Assembly (NCBI GenBank): GCA_034676485.1
Contig: JAUCCC010000015.1
Coordinates: forward strand, 962,355-1,002,354
From: Pseudomonas sp.
GTDB taxonomy: Bacteria; Pseudomonadota; Gammaproteobacteria; Pseudomonadales; Pseudomonadaceae
Length of the DNA stretch: 40,000 bases
Direction of reading: 5' to 3'
The position numbers were made by a program, and so were the translations under genes. The notes beneath the pieces were generated by a model. It saw only the letters and a program-made list of their open reading frames with translations. It searched no databases and was not told where the DNA came from. Below, in pieces: positions 17,234-25,267 of this stretch. The stretch's first letter is position 1. Each line of letters begins with the position of its first letter.

Positions 17234-18545
17234 ATAGCCGCTACGCGGCAGAGTATTAGTATTAGAGTTGTGTATATAACAACTGAGGACAAAGGATATG
17301 TCCAGTCGAGCCATACAAAATCTGTTTGCTTGTTACTCTGAGCAACTTAAGAATACTAAGCAACCGCTTAAAAACCTCAAAGCGATTGATGCGCTAACCC
17401 ATTGCCGTACACGTGCATTGGGTGCCAGTTATTACCGCTGCAAGTTAAATCATGCCGAGATAGAGCAACTGCACTCGTGTCGCCATCGCAGCTGTTATGT
17501 CTGCGCCCATAAACAACGTCTTGATTGGATTGAGAGGCAAAAAGCGCGGCTGCTCGACGTGCCGCACTTTCATGTAATTTTCACCTTGCCGCATGAGTAC
17601 TTATCGCTCTGGCGTTATAACGAAGCACTATTTGCGCGGATTCTATTTAAAGCCAGCCAAGAAACATTACTGCAACTACTCGCGCAGCAGCGCCATGGCG
17701 GTGTCACGCCCGGAATTTTAATAGCGCTGCATACGTGGGGGCGACAGCTCACACTCCATCCACATACTCATTGTTTGGTGACTGCCGGTGGTCTTGACTC
17801 AAGCAATGACTGGAAGGCGCTGGGGGATTACCTCGTGCCCAGCACGGTGATTCGTTCGGTCTATCGTGGCAAGCTGCAATCTTTTATTAAAGCGGCGTTT
17901 GATGCAGGAGAACTGATCTTGCCGCCAACGATGTCGGCAGCGCAGTTTTGGTCGATGTATCGGAGTGTGTACAAAAAGCATTGGTGTGTGCGTATTGAAG
18001 AACGTTATGCGCATGGTAAAGGTGTGGTGCTTTATCTGGCGCGTTATTGTAAAGGTGGGCCTGTTGATCCGCGACAATTAAAACAAATGACTGCCGACGT
18101 TGTAACAATGAGCTATCTGGATCATCGTGATAAACGCATCAAACAGCAACGGCTCAAGCCGATGGATTTTATAACGCGGCTACTCCAGCACGTACCGCCC
18201 AAAGGCATACATACCATTCGGTATTACGGGCTGTATGCTTCGGCGAGTAGGTTACGGTATGAACGATGCAAGGAAGAGTGCGGCACGGTCGAGTCTATGC
18301 TGCATGCAAGTAGTGTCGATAGGCTATCCATGGTAGTTTATTGCAAAACCTGTGGCGGGCCAGCGCAGTTAAGTCGTCGCTGGTGGGCACGTCGGTCAAA
18401 AGGAATTTCCATTAATAAAGAAGCGCTGAGCATTTGTGTCAGCGGCTCTGTACAACAAGTCGATGAACCGCTCCTTGCGGGTGGTTTTTACAATACGTCC
18501 TAAAGCTCCGAATGGATCTTTTTTTTGGTGAAGCAAGGACGGTTA
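17234..18545 (+). mobile_element. IS91-family element (ends not resolved)
   Basis: The transposase gene fills the interval between the 3' end of intron C and the GTTGGGC core at 18553. I could not recognise oriIS/terIS-type ends by eye, so the coordinates are approximate. Confidence 0.4.
17298..18503 (+). CDS. IS91-family (HUH, Y2) rolling-circle transposase
   Basis: It has an N-terminal Cys/His zinc-binding region (HCRTRALG...YRCKLNHAEIEQLHSCRHRSCYVC), an HUH-like LHPHTHCLV motif and the tyrosine pair YLARY. Confidence 0.85.
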   Translation: MSSRAIQNLFACYSEQLKNTKQPLKNLKAIDALTHCRTRALGASYYRCKLNHAEIEQLHSCRHRSCYVCAHKQRLDWIERQKARLLDVPHFHVIFTLPHEYLSLWRYNEALFARILFKASQETLLQLLAQQRHGGVTPGILIALHTWGRQLTLHPHTHCLVTAGGLDSSNDWKALGDYLVPSTVIRSVYRGKLQSFIKAAFDAGELILPPTMSAAQFWSMYRSVYKKHWCVRIEERYAHGKGVVLYLARYCKGGPVDPRQLKQMTADVVTMSYLDHRDKRIKQQRLKPMDFITRLLQHVPPKGIHTIRYYGLYASASRLRYERCKEECGTVESMLHASSVDRLSMVVYCKTCGGPAQLSRRWWARRSKGISINKEALSICVSGSVQQVDEPLLAGGFYNTS

Positions 18546-18552
18546 TCTAAGC

Positions 18553-18559
18553 GTTGGGC
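18553..18559 (+). repeat. GTTGGGC core site opening the amidase cassette
   Basis: CTAAGCGTTGGGC has the same ending as attC_3. Its 5' partner is not identifiable and has probably been displaced by the IS91 element. Confidence 0.4.
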
Positions 18560-18610
18560 ATCAAACATCATACACATGTGTGAATATTCCGCGTATTTCG
18601 CAGGCTACCA

Positions 18611-19861
18611 ATGAAAACTTACGATTTCCAGTCCTCCAACGCTTTTGTTGAACTCTTTGAAATAGCCCCCTATGCATCTGGCGCATTGGATGGTTTGTGC
18701 TTTGCAGTTAAAGACAACATCGATATTCGTGATCGATTTACCTCCTATGGTAGTAAGTCATGGCGTGAAGCACACCCGCGAGCTGCGTACCATGCGGTTT
18801 GTGTGGAACAACTGTTGATGGCTGGAGCGCGTTGCGTCGGCAAAACAATAGCTGACGAATTTACCTATAGTCTGGACGGCGAGAGCTACTTCTACGGTAC
18901 GCCAGTGAACCCACGCGCCCCGGATCGGATTCCCGGCGGGTCTTCGAGTGGCTCGGCGTCGGCAGTCGCATGTGGGTTGGTAGACTTTGCGCTGGGTACT
19001 GACTGCGGCGGATCAATCCGGATTCCCGCCAGCCTTTGTGGGGTGTTTGGCATGCGGCCAAGTCTGCATCGCATCTCCGAAGCCGGAGTACTTCCTTTTG
19101 CACCAAGTGTCAGCACTGTTGGCGTATTGGCTCAAAATCTTCCTGTTCTGCGCCAAGCGATGCGTGTACTTCTTCGCAGCCATGACGCTGCCCTACCACC
19201 AGTGAAAAATATCTATTTGGTGAAGGAAGCCTTCGCACTAGCCGACCCCGCGATCCAGAACGCCTTGTCCGAGTGCATTGCGCATTTGAGTACTTTCCCT
19301 AATATCACCGTCGCTTCCATTTCTATGCGCGACATCACCGGCTTGAACGTCAGTCTAAAATCGTGCAACGAGGATGCGCTTCGGGTACTCCAGACGGCGG
19401 AAATTGCCAACACCATTGGAGGGTGGATTCAGGAAAATGGACCCGAACAAGGACCGAACTTCCAGGCAGGATATCGTAACGTCGAACAGTTCGACCGCAG
19501 CACGATGAGCGATGCCCTGAACTTATGCGAAGCCCTCTTTTCACGGGTTGCCGGGTTCACTCAGCCGGGCGATGTTTTCTGTTACCCGACGGCACCTGTG
19601 CTTGCCCCGAAGAGAGGCACACTCACAGGTAGTAACCTTAATTCTGTACTCGATTATTATGGCCGTACTATGGCCGTCACATCATTTGCTGGTGTTGCCC
19701 GGTTACCCGAGATCACCATTCCACTGGCTCAGGTTAATGGTATTCCTGTCGGGCTTTCTCTGGCAGCTGGTCACTATCAAGATGAGTTTCTACTCGACGC
19801 CAGTCTGCGCTTGTGGGGTTCGCAACCAATGGGGTTAGACTTATGTTCTGTAACTACGTAA
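18611..19861 (+). CDS. Amidase-signature family amidase (cassette 6)
   Basis: It carries the AS signature GGSSSGSASAVACG and the upstream lysine motif FAVKDNID. The ORF is 416 aa. Confidence 0.85.
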   Translation: MKTYDFQSSNAFVELFEIAPYASGALDGLCFAVKDNIDIRDRFTSYGSKSWREAHPRAAYHAVCVEQLLMAGARCVGKTIADEFTYSLDGESYFYGTPVNPRAPDRIPGGSSSGSASAVACGLVDFALGTDCGGSIRIPASLCGVFGMRPSLHRISEAGVLPFAPSVSTVGVLAQNLPVLRQAMRVLLRSHDAALPPVKNIYLVKEAFALADPAIQNALSECIAHLSTFPNITVASISMRDITGLNVSLKSCNEDALRVLQTAEIANTIGGWIQENGPEQGPNFQAGYRNVEQFDRSTMSDALNLCEALFSRVAGFTQPGDVFCYPTAPVLAPKRGTLTGSNLNSVLDYYGRTMAVTSFAGVARLPEITIPLAQVNGIPVGLSLAAGHYQDEFLLDASLRLWGSQPMGLDLCSVTT

Positions 19862-19875
19862 CACAGAGCCCAGAT

Positions 19876-19945
19876 GCCCAACCAATCATTCCACCGGACA
19901 CTGCGCGATAAAGCGGCGCATCGCCGGTGAATGCAAACGTTAATG
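19876..19945 (+). repeat. attC_6 (70 bp)
   Basis: GCCCAACCAATCATTCCACCGGACACTGCGCGATAAAGCGGCGCATCGCCGGTGAATGCAAACGTTAATG. Confidence 0.85.
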
Positions 19946-19987
19946 CGTACAGAATAGTTTTATCGTACCAACCAAAAGGAGCTCAAA

Positions 19988-20311
19988 GTGAGTGACATCC
20001 AAAAGAATGCAAAAGACATACTCAATGATCCAAAAAAGCTGAAAGAGTTTGCAGATCTGAGCCGGCTCACTCCAGAAGCAGCGAAAGCTCTACTTGAGCG
20101 CATGATGAAAGAGCCTGAAATGTCTAAAGCAGCGGAAGATTTCATTTCCTCCGCTGAGCGCACAGACGAATTTAAGGCTTACACGGCTGGTGAGGAAAAG
20201 GGTTACGTTCGTGGCCAGGAAGCTGGCTTTGCAAAAGGGGCTGTTGTAGGTGCAATGGCAGTGATCGGCACTATGACCGTCGCCGGACTTACCTATTTGG
20301 CGCGCAGGTAA
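19988..20311 (+). CDS. Hypothetical protein with C-terminal hydrophobic anchor (cassette 7)
   Basis: A GTG start follows the RBS AAAGGAG. The 107-aa ORF ends GAVVGAMAVIGTMTVAGLTYLARR. Confidence 0.45.
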   Translation: MSDIQKNAKDILNDPKKLKEFADLSRLTPEAAKALLERMMKEPEMSKAAEDFISSAERTDEFKAYTAGEEKGYVRGQEAGFAKGAVVGAMAVIGTMTVAGLTYLARR

Positions 20312-20316
20312 GTACT

Positions 20317-20376
20317 CCCTAACAATTCATTCAAGGCGGCGCTGCTCTGCGGCGCTGCTTAATTCAAGCGTTAAAG
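20317..20376 (+). repeat. attC_7 (60 bp)
   Basis: CCCTAACAATTCATTCAAGGCGGCGCTGCTCTGCGGCGCTGCTTAATTCAAGCGTTAAAG. Its form resembles the attC of aadA-type cassettes. Confidence 0.85.
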
Positions 20377-20451
20377 CGTAAAAACCGAGTCGTGGCACAG
20401 GCAATTAATCTGTGTCAAAATTGAGCAACACGAGAATGAGAGGCTTTATTT

Positions 20452-20676
20452 ATGAATCTCCAGAGGATTGAAGACGAAGCGCTCCATCTTACCAAAGAGG
20501 AGCGGGCTCAATTGGTCCAGCGGCTGGTATTGAGCCTAGAGTTTCCATCAAAAGAAGAACTTAGGTCCGATTGGCTGCATGAGGCTCGACGTAGAGCTGA
20601 AGAACTCGACAGTGGCTCAGTGCAGGCAGTATCCGGCGAGGATGTTATGAGAAAGGCTCGAGCTCTGATCAAGTGA
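20452..20676 (+). CDS. Putative addiction-module antitoxin component (cassette 8)
   Basis: This 74-aa acidic helical protein (LHLTKEERAQLVQRLVLSLE) overlaps the downstream toxin gene by 4 nt. Confidence 0.65.
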   Translation: MNLQRIEDEALHLTKEERAQLVQRLVLSLEFPSKEELRSDWLHEARRRAEELDSGSVQAVSGEDVMRKARALIK

Positions 20677-20966
20677 ATTATTCTTTTCACCCGGCAGCGG
20701 AAGCCGAATTCTTGGAATCAGTTGGTTATTACGAATCACAAGTTCCGGGATTGGGTGGTGCCTTGATAGAGGAGTTTGAGGCCTTAGCCAATTTGATTGG
20801 CGAGACACCGAAAGGCTGGCAGGTCGAGTTGCCGCCAGATATTCGTAGAGCGCCCCTTCACAGGTTTCCGCTATCCATCGTTTACCGAGAGAAACCTGAT
20901 GACTTTCAAATTCTGGCTGTTGCTCATGATCGGCGACGTCCGCAGTACTGGCTTGATAGGCTTTAA
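20673..20966 (+). CDS. RelE/ParE-superfamily toxin (cassette 8)
   Basis: 97 aa with a typical ParE-like ending (HRFPLSIVYREKPDDFQILAVAHDRRRPQYW). The stop TAA lies inside R'' of attC_8. Confidence 0.7.
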   Translation: MNYSFHPAAEAEFLESVGYYESQVPGLGGALIEEFEALANLIGETPKGWQVELPPDIRRAPLHRFPLSIVYREKPDDFQILAVAHDRRRPQYWLDRL

Positions 20967-21038
20967 CAATCGGCTGCACCGCGACCGATTTTCCGCCGCT
21001 TCGCTGCTCCAAACCAGCGCGTGAGCCGGGCGTTATGA
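20961..21038 (+). repeat. attC_8 (78 bp)
   Basis: CTTTAACAATCGGCTGCACCGCGACCG...CCAGCGCGTGAGCCGGGCGTTATGA. Confidence 0.85.
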
Positions 21039-21062
21039 GTTACAGCGATGTAGAGGTATACA

Positions 21063-21377
21063 GTGGAGTCTTCGGAATACGAACATAGATGCCAATTCAT
21101 CCCTAGTAACGATATCCACGTTTATCGTTCAGAGGAGTTCTTAGACAGTGAAGTGTGGGAGTGGTGTTTAGTCATCCAGAGAAGTGCAAGTGAGAGTGAC
21201 ATTGAAAAGAATCATTACCTTGATGAGGTCGGCGATTCGATATGGCAAACTATTGTCGGTATCTCACATTGTCCGTATTGTGGCGAATATCTTGAATCAG
21301 TGAAGTGCAACGACATCTCCCGCGAGGGGGAGTTCTTTCATATCGATTCTTCCGGGTGGACAGGTAGAGTTCTTTAG
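21063..21377 (+). CDS. Hypothetical protein with a CPYCG motif (cassette 9)
   Basis: A GTG start follows GAGGT. The ORF is 104 aa, with no family recognised. Confidence 0.4.
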   Translation: MESSEYEHRCQFIPSNDIHVYRSEEFLDSEVWEWCLVIQRSASESDIEKNHYLDEVGDSIWQTIVGISHCPYCGEYLESVKCNDISREGEFFHIDSSGWTGRVL

Positions 21378-21395
21378 TGATACCAATAACTCATA

Positions 21396-23419
21396 ATCGG
21401 GTAGCCGAGGGTTTCTAGCCCTCAGCCCCCACAACACCCTGCATGCGGCTCCGCACAGGGCGTTTCACTAAGAGTGGTGAAGCTTAATCCAACCATCGCG
21501 CAATGCGTACAGACCCTGAGATTTTAAGTAAGCATTTGATAACGCCTGATTAATCCCCGGAGTTTTAGAGCTACGCCATGGGCCTTTGCTGGTAATACCG
21601 CATGCAACTGCAGCTTGCACATGAACACCCAGCCGCATTAAGTTTCTTACTTTAGTGCGCGGCTTGCGCCACTGTCGCCAATAGGCCATTCGCACCCTGC
21701 GCCGGATCCAATGATCCAGCTCAACGCAGTGCTGATAGCCACTGGCAATACCAAAGTAGTTTATCCAGCCGCGTAAATATTGGCTGATCTTAAACAGCTG
21801 GTATTTCATTGACACGCCCCAGTTGCGATTCGTGAGTTTGCGAACATTCTGCTTAAATTTCAGCAGCGTTTTCGGGTGCCAATGAATGCGATTCGCCTTG
21901 AACGTAAAGCCCAAGAACTGGCTTTCATTGGTTTTAACCACACGACTTTTGTTAGTGTTGACCACTAACTTCAAACGGCTTTGCAAGTACTGACTGATAC
22001 TGCGCAGCACTCGTTCTCCAGCTCGCTGGCTCTTCACTAGAATCGTGAAATCATCCGCGTAGCGGGCAAACTTATGACCGCGTTTTCCAAGTTCTTTATC
22101 CAAAGAGTCGAGCATGATATTCGCCAGTAACGGCGACAATGGCCCACCTTGCGGTACACCCACTCGACTCTCACCTTTGAACTGATTATCGATAAACCCA
22201 GCTCTCAGGTAACGTTTAATCAGTTTAAGAAGACGTTTGTCTTTCACCTTGTCGCCAAGGCGCGTCATCAGTAGATCGTGATTAACTCGGTCAAAGAATT
22301 TCGACAGATCAACATCCACCGCGAAGCGGCGTCCTTCCTTGATGATGCTCTGTACCTGCTTAACCGCTTGCTGCCCATTACGACCTGGACGGAATCCAAA
22401 ACTGTGTTCAGAAAACTCAGGGTCGAAAATAGGTGTTAATACTTGGGTAATGGCTTGTTGGATTACACGATCAGTAACGGTTGGAATACCCAGCTGACGA
22501 GTGCCGCCATCTGGTTTAGCTATTTCAACACGCCTTACCGGTGAGGGTTGATAACAGCCTGTTACCAGTTGTTGTTTCAATGCTTTCCAGTTGCCGGATC
22601 TTACCCAAGCGGGGAATTCATCGATGGTCATGCCATCGATGCCAGCGGCCCCTTTATTGGCTCGAACGCGTTTCCATGCCGCAGAGAGGTTATCTTCCTG
22701 CAGCACGTGCTCGAATAGATCGTTGCTAAAGGCTGGCTTCATATCGCTACGCTGAGTCACGTCATCGCCGGACGGCGTTCGTGTGTTCAAGTGTGACAAG
22801 GCTCCTCCTTTGTTCTTAATGTTCAGGCCTTCACCGTGTCCCAACCATTACGATGGGCGTTTGGCTACTCGGCAATTGCTCCATGCATTGCTCTACCTCC
22901 TGCATCCATGCAGTCGTATGCCGTCTGCTGAAATCTCATGGATGGAGTGAATGCAAAGAATGTTGGAACATTTTTGGTCTTCTGCTTAATCACTCACAGA
23001 GTTGCCTCTGTTCGCGCTATCGGTTTGCATCTAATTCGCTCTCCAAGGTCGATACATTCCTTAGAGCCAAGGCACTTATTAACCAGAGCCTCACTGGTGG
23101 ATTACCGATCGCTTGTTAAGCAGATCTCTCCCCAGATAAGAGCATGTACTGTCACTGCACTGCTGCATCATTTACGGTGGGCCGTTAGATCACATGGCTT
23201 CGTTGTCTTGTGCCAACTCGCCTTCAGCCTACGCCTCATATGATGTTTTTGTTCATCAGCTCGCAGCTTTGCGTCCGGCTTCCTCCAGACAACTCCTCGC
23301 GGAGCTGCCCTTGCCATTCGCTAGTAGTTAACATCTAATAACGATCATAAATCGCTAAGGATGGTGACCTTCCTACAGAGGACTTTCACCTCATTAGTTC
23401 ATGCCCATGCTGGGCGTAC
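21396..23419 (-). mobile_element. Group II intron copy B (class C / attC-type), intact, antisense to the cassettes
   Basis: It has the same ends as copy A. Removing 21396-23419 restores TCATA|ACAATCAACTGCACAGCGACCG, an attC of the attC_8 family. The RT ORF is intact. Confidence 0.85.
21468..22844 (-). CDS. Group II intron reverse transcriptase/maturase (start codon uncertain; maximal ORF given)
   Basis: RT motifs are present (KGAAGIDG, VRRVEIAKPDGGTRQLGIPTVTDR, FGFRPGRNGQQA, VPQGGPLSPLLANI, RYADDFTILV), with a maturase region (LRGWINYFG). There is no En domain. Possible starts are TTG 22844, an internal TTG after AAGGAGG, or ATG 22742. Confidence 0.9.
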   Translation of the reverse strand: MGHGEGLNIKNKGGALSHLNTRTPSGDDVTQRSDMKPAFSNDLFEHVLQEDNLSAAWKRVRANKGAAGIDGMTIDEFPAWVRSGNWKALKQQLVTGCYQPSPVRRVEIAKPDGGTRQLGIPTVTDRVIQQAITQVLTPIFDPEFSEHSFGFRPGRNGQQAVKQVQSIIKEGRRFAVDVDLSKFFDRVNHDLLMTRLGDKVKDKRLLKLIKRYLRAGFIDNQFKGESRVGVPQGGPLSPLLANIMLDSLDKELGKRGHKFARYADDFTILVKSQRAGERVLRSISQYLQSRLKLVVNTNKSRVVKTNESQFLGFTFKANRIHWHPKTLLKFKQNVRKLTNRNWGVSMKYQLFKISQYLRGWINYFGIASGYQHCVELDHWIRRRVRMAYWRQWRKPRTKVRNLMRLGVHVQAAVACGITSKGPWRSSKTPGINQALSNAYLKSQGLYALRDGWIKLHHS

Positions 23420-23492
23420 ACAATCAACTGCACAGCGACCGGTTTTCCGCCGCTTCGCGGCTCCAAACCGGCGCGTGAGCCGGGCGTTAGCA
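23420..23492 (+). repeat. attC_9, 3' part (the 5' part TCATA is at 21391-21395, separated by intron B)
   Basis: ACAATCAACTGCACAGCGACCGGTTTTCCGCCGCTTCGCGGCTCCAAACCGGCGCGTGAGCCGGGCGTTAGCA is collinear with attC_8. Confidence 0.8.
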
Positions 23493-23552
23493 GTTGCACT
23501 ACTACTCCTTCCGTATCTTGCAGGCTGAGTAAAAAGGGGGTAATTTATACTC

Positions 23553-23816
23553 ATGGAAGAATTTGAATTCGACGAAGCCAAAAGTCAGGCAAATTTGGAT
23601 AAGCACGGTATTGATTTTGTGGCGGCTCAAGAGCTATGGAAAGATCCGCATTTACTGGAAGTTAGAGCAAAATCAGAGGATGAGTCAAGGTTTGCACTGA
23701 TAGGCAAGGTTGGTGAAAAGCACTGGTCGGCTGTCGTCACGTACAGGGAAGGTCGTATTCGTCTGATTTCAGTCAGGCGTTCTCGTAAGAAGGAGGTTGA
23801 GTTCTATGAAAGCTAA
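23553..23816 (+). CDS. brnT: BrnT-family (DUF497) toxin (cassette 10)
   Basis: MEEFEFDEAKSQANLDKHGIDF...RIRLISVRRSRKKE is a typical BrnT pattern. It overlaps the downstream antitoxin gene. Confidence 0.75.
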   Translation: MEEFEFDEAKSQANLDKHGIDFVAAQELWKDPHLLEVRAKSEDESRFALIGKVGEKHWSAVVTYREGRIRLISVRRSRKKEVEFYES

Positions 23817-24075
23817 AGACTTCGATAAAAAATTCGACGAAGGTCAAGAAGATATTATTGAAGACCTTGATTTGTCCACCGCCCGTCGTACTAATCTCAA
23901 ACAAAAACGAATCAACGTGGACTTTCCCGCTTGGGTCGTAGAATCGTTGGATCGTGAGGCTGCGCGCATTGGTGTTACCCGCCAATCAATCATCAAAGTC
24001 TGGCTGGTTGAGCGTCTTCAAGCAGAAACTGCTAACAAACCGATCAAGGATGACGCCGTAGGCGGCGCACATTAG
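23797..24075 (+). CDS. brnA: BrnA-type antitoxin (ribbon-helix-helix)
   Basis: NVDFPAWVVESLDREAARIGVTRQSIIKVWLVERL is an RHH motif. The start is probably ATG 23806. Its 3' end overlaps attC_10. Confidence 0.7.
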   Translation: MSSMKAKDFDKKFDEGQEDIIEDLDLSTARRTNLKQKRINVDFPAWVVESLDREAARIGVTRQSIIKVWLVERLQAETANKPIKDDAVGGAH

Positions 24076-24088
24076 CGGAGCGTTAGGC
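24031..24088 (+). repeat. attC_10 (58 bp)
   Basis: GCTAACAAACCGATCAAGGATGACGCCGTAGGCGGCGCACATTAGCGGAGCGTTAGGC, with central stem CGCCG/CGGCG. Confidence 0.7.
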
Positions 24089-24104
24089 ACACAAGGAGGT
24101 ATTA

Positions 24105-24380
24105 ATGCTATTTCAACGACGAAACCGGACGTTCCGCGAGTGGTGGCGGGCACCTATTACTTCTAGAGAACGGAGTTCGGGCGTGCTCATTGGTGGCCTA
24201 GGCGGTTTCTGGATTGGAGCACTCGGTCGCATTGCCCTTGGTACAACACCAGTGTCCCTTGGTGAGGTGGCAGTTTTGGGGTTGGCCGTGGCTACTTGTT
24301 GCGCAGTTGCTGGTTTTGTATTTCCAAAACTTGTAACTATTATTCTCTTTCCATTCTCAACCTTTGGCGGCAGCAACTAA
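24105..24380 (+). CDS. Small two-TM membrane protein (cassette 11)
   Basis: The RBS AAGGAGG precedes the ATG. It has two hydrophobic segments (VLIGGLGGFWIGALG; VLGLAVATCCAVAGFVF). Confidence 0.45.
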   Translation: MLFQRRNRTFREWWRAPITSRERSSGVLIGGLGGFWIGALGRIALGTTPVSLGEVAVLGLAVATCCAVAGFVFPKLVTIILFPFSTFGGSN

Positions 24381-24410
24381 GGTGGTCATTCCGGTAGCTG
24401 CTCGGTTGAT

Positions 24411-24470
24411 GCCTAACAATTCATTCAAGCCGACGCCTCTTCGTGGTGCGTTTTAATTCAGGCGTTAGGC
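24411..24470 (+). repeat. attC_11 (60 bp)
   Basis: GCCTAACAATTCATTCAAGCCGACGCCTCTTCGTGGTGCGTTTTAATTCAGGCGTTAGGC. Confidence 0.9.
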
Positions 24471-24495
24471 CTTAAACTAGCAGCAGGGGGGGTAT

Positions 24496-25062
24496 ATGTA
24501 TTGTACGAAATGCGGGCAAAAAAACGAAAACGAGACGCTCTACTGTCCAACTTGCGGAACAGCAACGCGTCAGCAAGGATTGACCCACCCGCCAACCAGA
24601 AAGGTTGCAGCAGACTTTTCATCATCCATATGTTATGCCGGGTTTTGGTTCCGTGCGCTGGCGTTGTTTATTGACGTTATTTTCTCAACCATCATGACCA
24701 TTATTATTGTGTTGCCTCTTGCTTTTTCATTCGGCCTATCAATGGCTGATAGTGCAACAACCAAAGAGCTAGAGGTAATGGGAGAGGCAATGGGAAATGT
24801 GCTAGGTTGGATTGTCTCTTGGCTATATTTCACTATTTCCGAGTCGTCTAGGTGGCAAGCAACCCCAGGAAAGAAACTTCTTGGTCTTCGCGTTACTGAT
24901 TTAAATGGTGGGAGGATTGGTTTTGGCAAAGCCAATGGACGCTACTGGGCTCAGATACTTTCTGTTATCACTTTGCTTATCGGCTATATCATGGCTGCTT
25001 TCACTGCGAAAAAACAGGCCTTGCATGACATGATGGCTGGCACGCTTGTTGTTAGGGGTTAA
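24496..25062 (+). CDS. Zinc-ribbon / RDD-family membrane protein (cassette 12)
   Basis: The N-terminus has MYCTKCGQKNENETLYCPTCG. RDD-type TM core follows (YAGFWFRALALFIDVIF...RIGFGKANGRYW...LHDMMAGTLVV). Confidence 0.75.
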   Translation: MYCTKCGQKNENETLYCPTCGTATRQQGLTHPPTRKVAADFSSSICYAGFWFRALALFIDVIFSTIMTIIIVLPLAFSFGLSMADSATTKELEVMGEAMGNVLGWIVSWLYFTISESSRWQATPGKKLLGLRVTDLNGGRIGFGKANGRYWAQILSVITLLIGYIMAAFTAKKQALHDMMAGTLVVRG

Positions 25063-25071
25063 GCAAGAGCG

Positions 25072-25117
25072 GCCTAACAATTCATTCACGTCGCGACGGT
25101 TTAATTCCAACTTTAAT
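25072..25117 (+). repeat. attC_12 (short, degenerate R')
   Basis: GCCTAACAATTCATTCACGTCGCGACGGTTTAATTCCAACTTTAAT is collinear with attC_11, but R' reads CTTTAAT instead of GTTRRRY. Confidence 0.5.
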
Positions 25118-25267
25118 CTTCACAAAATGAAGCTGACTAACATCGAACCGTAGAGAGCTTTCAATGTCGCAAATAATTGAAAATTTTACCCGGCGGCTAT
25201 ATGAAGATTGGTTGCCTTCATTTTGTGGGGACCTCACCGGAACTATAGTTCGGCTGGGTTTAAAGGG

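Noticed and set aside
15263-17284. Near-identical palindromic 21-mer AGTTG(G/T)GTATATAACAACTG at 15263 and 17264, flanking intron C
   Set aside because: It is tempting to read this as a duplicated attC start or an IS end. However, a 13-nt exact match is expected about ten times by chance among all position pairs in 40 kb. The 19/21 match in AT-rich sequence is also only borderline. I could not build a consistent model from it.
15812-22844. Reverse transcriptases as retron, DGR or Abi-type RTs
   Set aside because: Each RT is embedded in RNA with group II intron hallmarks: a 5' GUGYG-like start, a domain V hairpin with a 2-nt bulge and a domain VI ending AU. Each also carries a maturase X region. 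No msr/msd-like or TR/VR repeats were seen.
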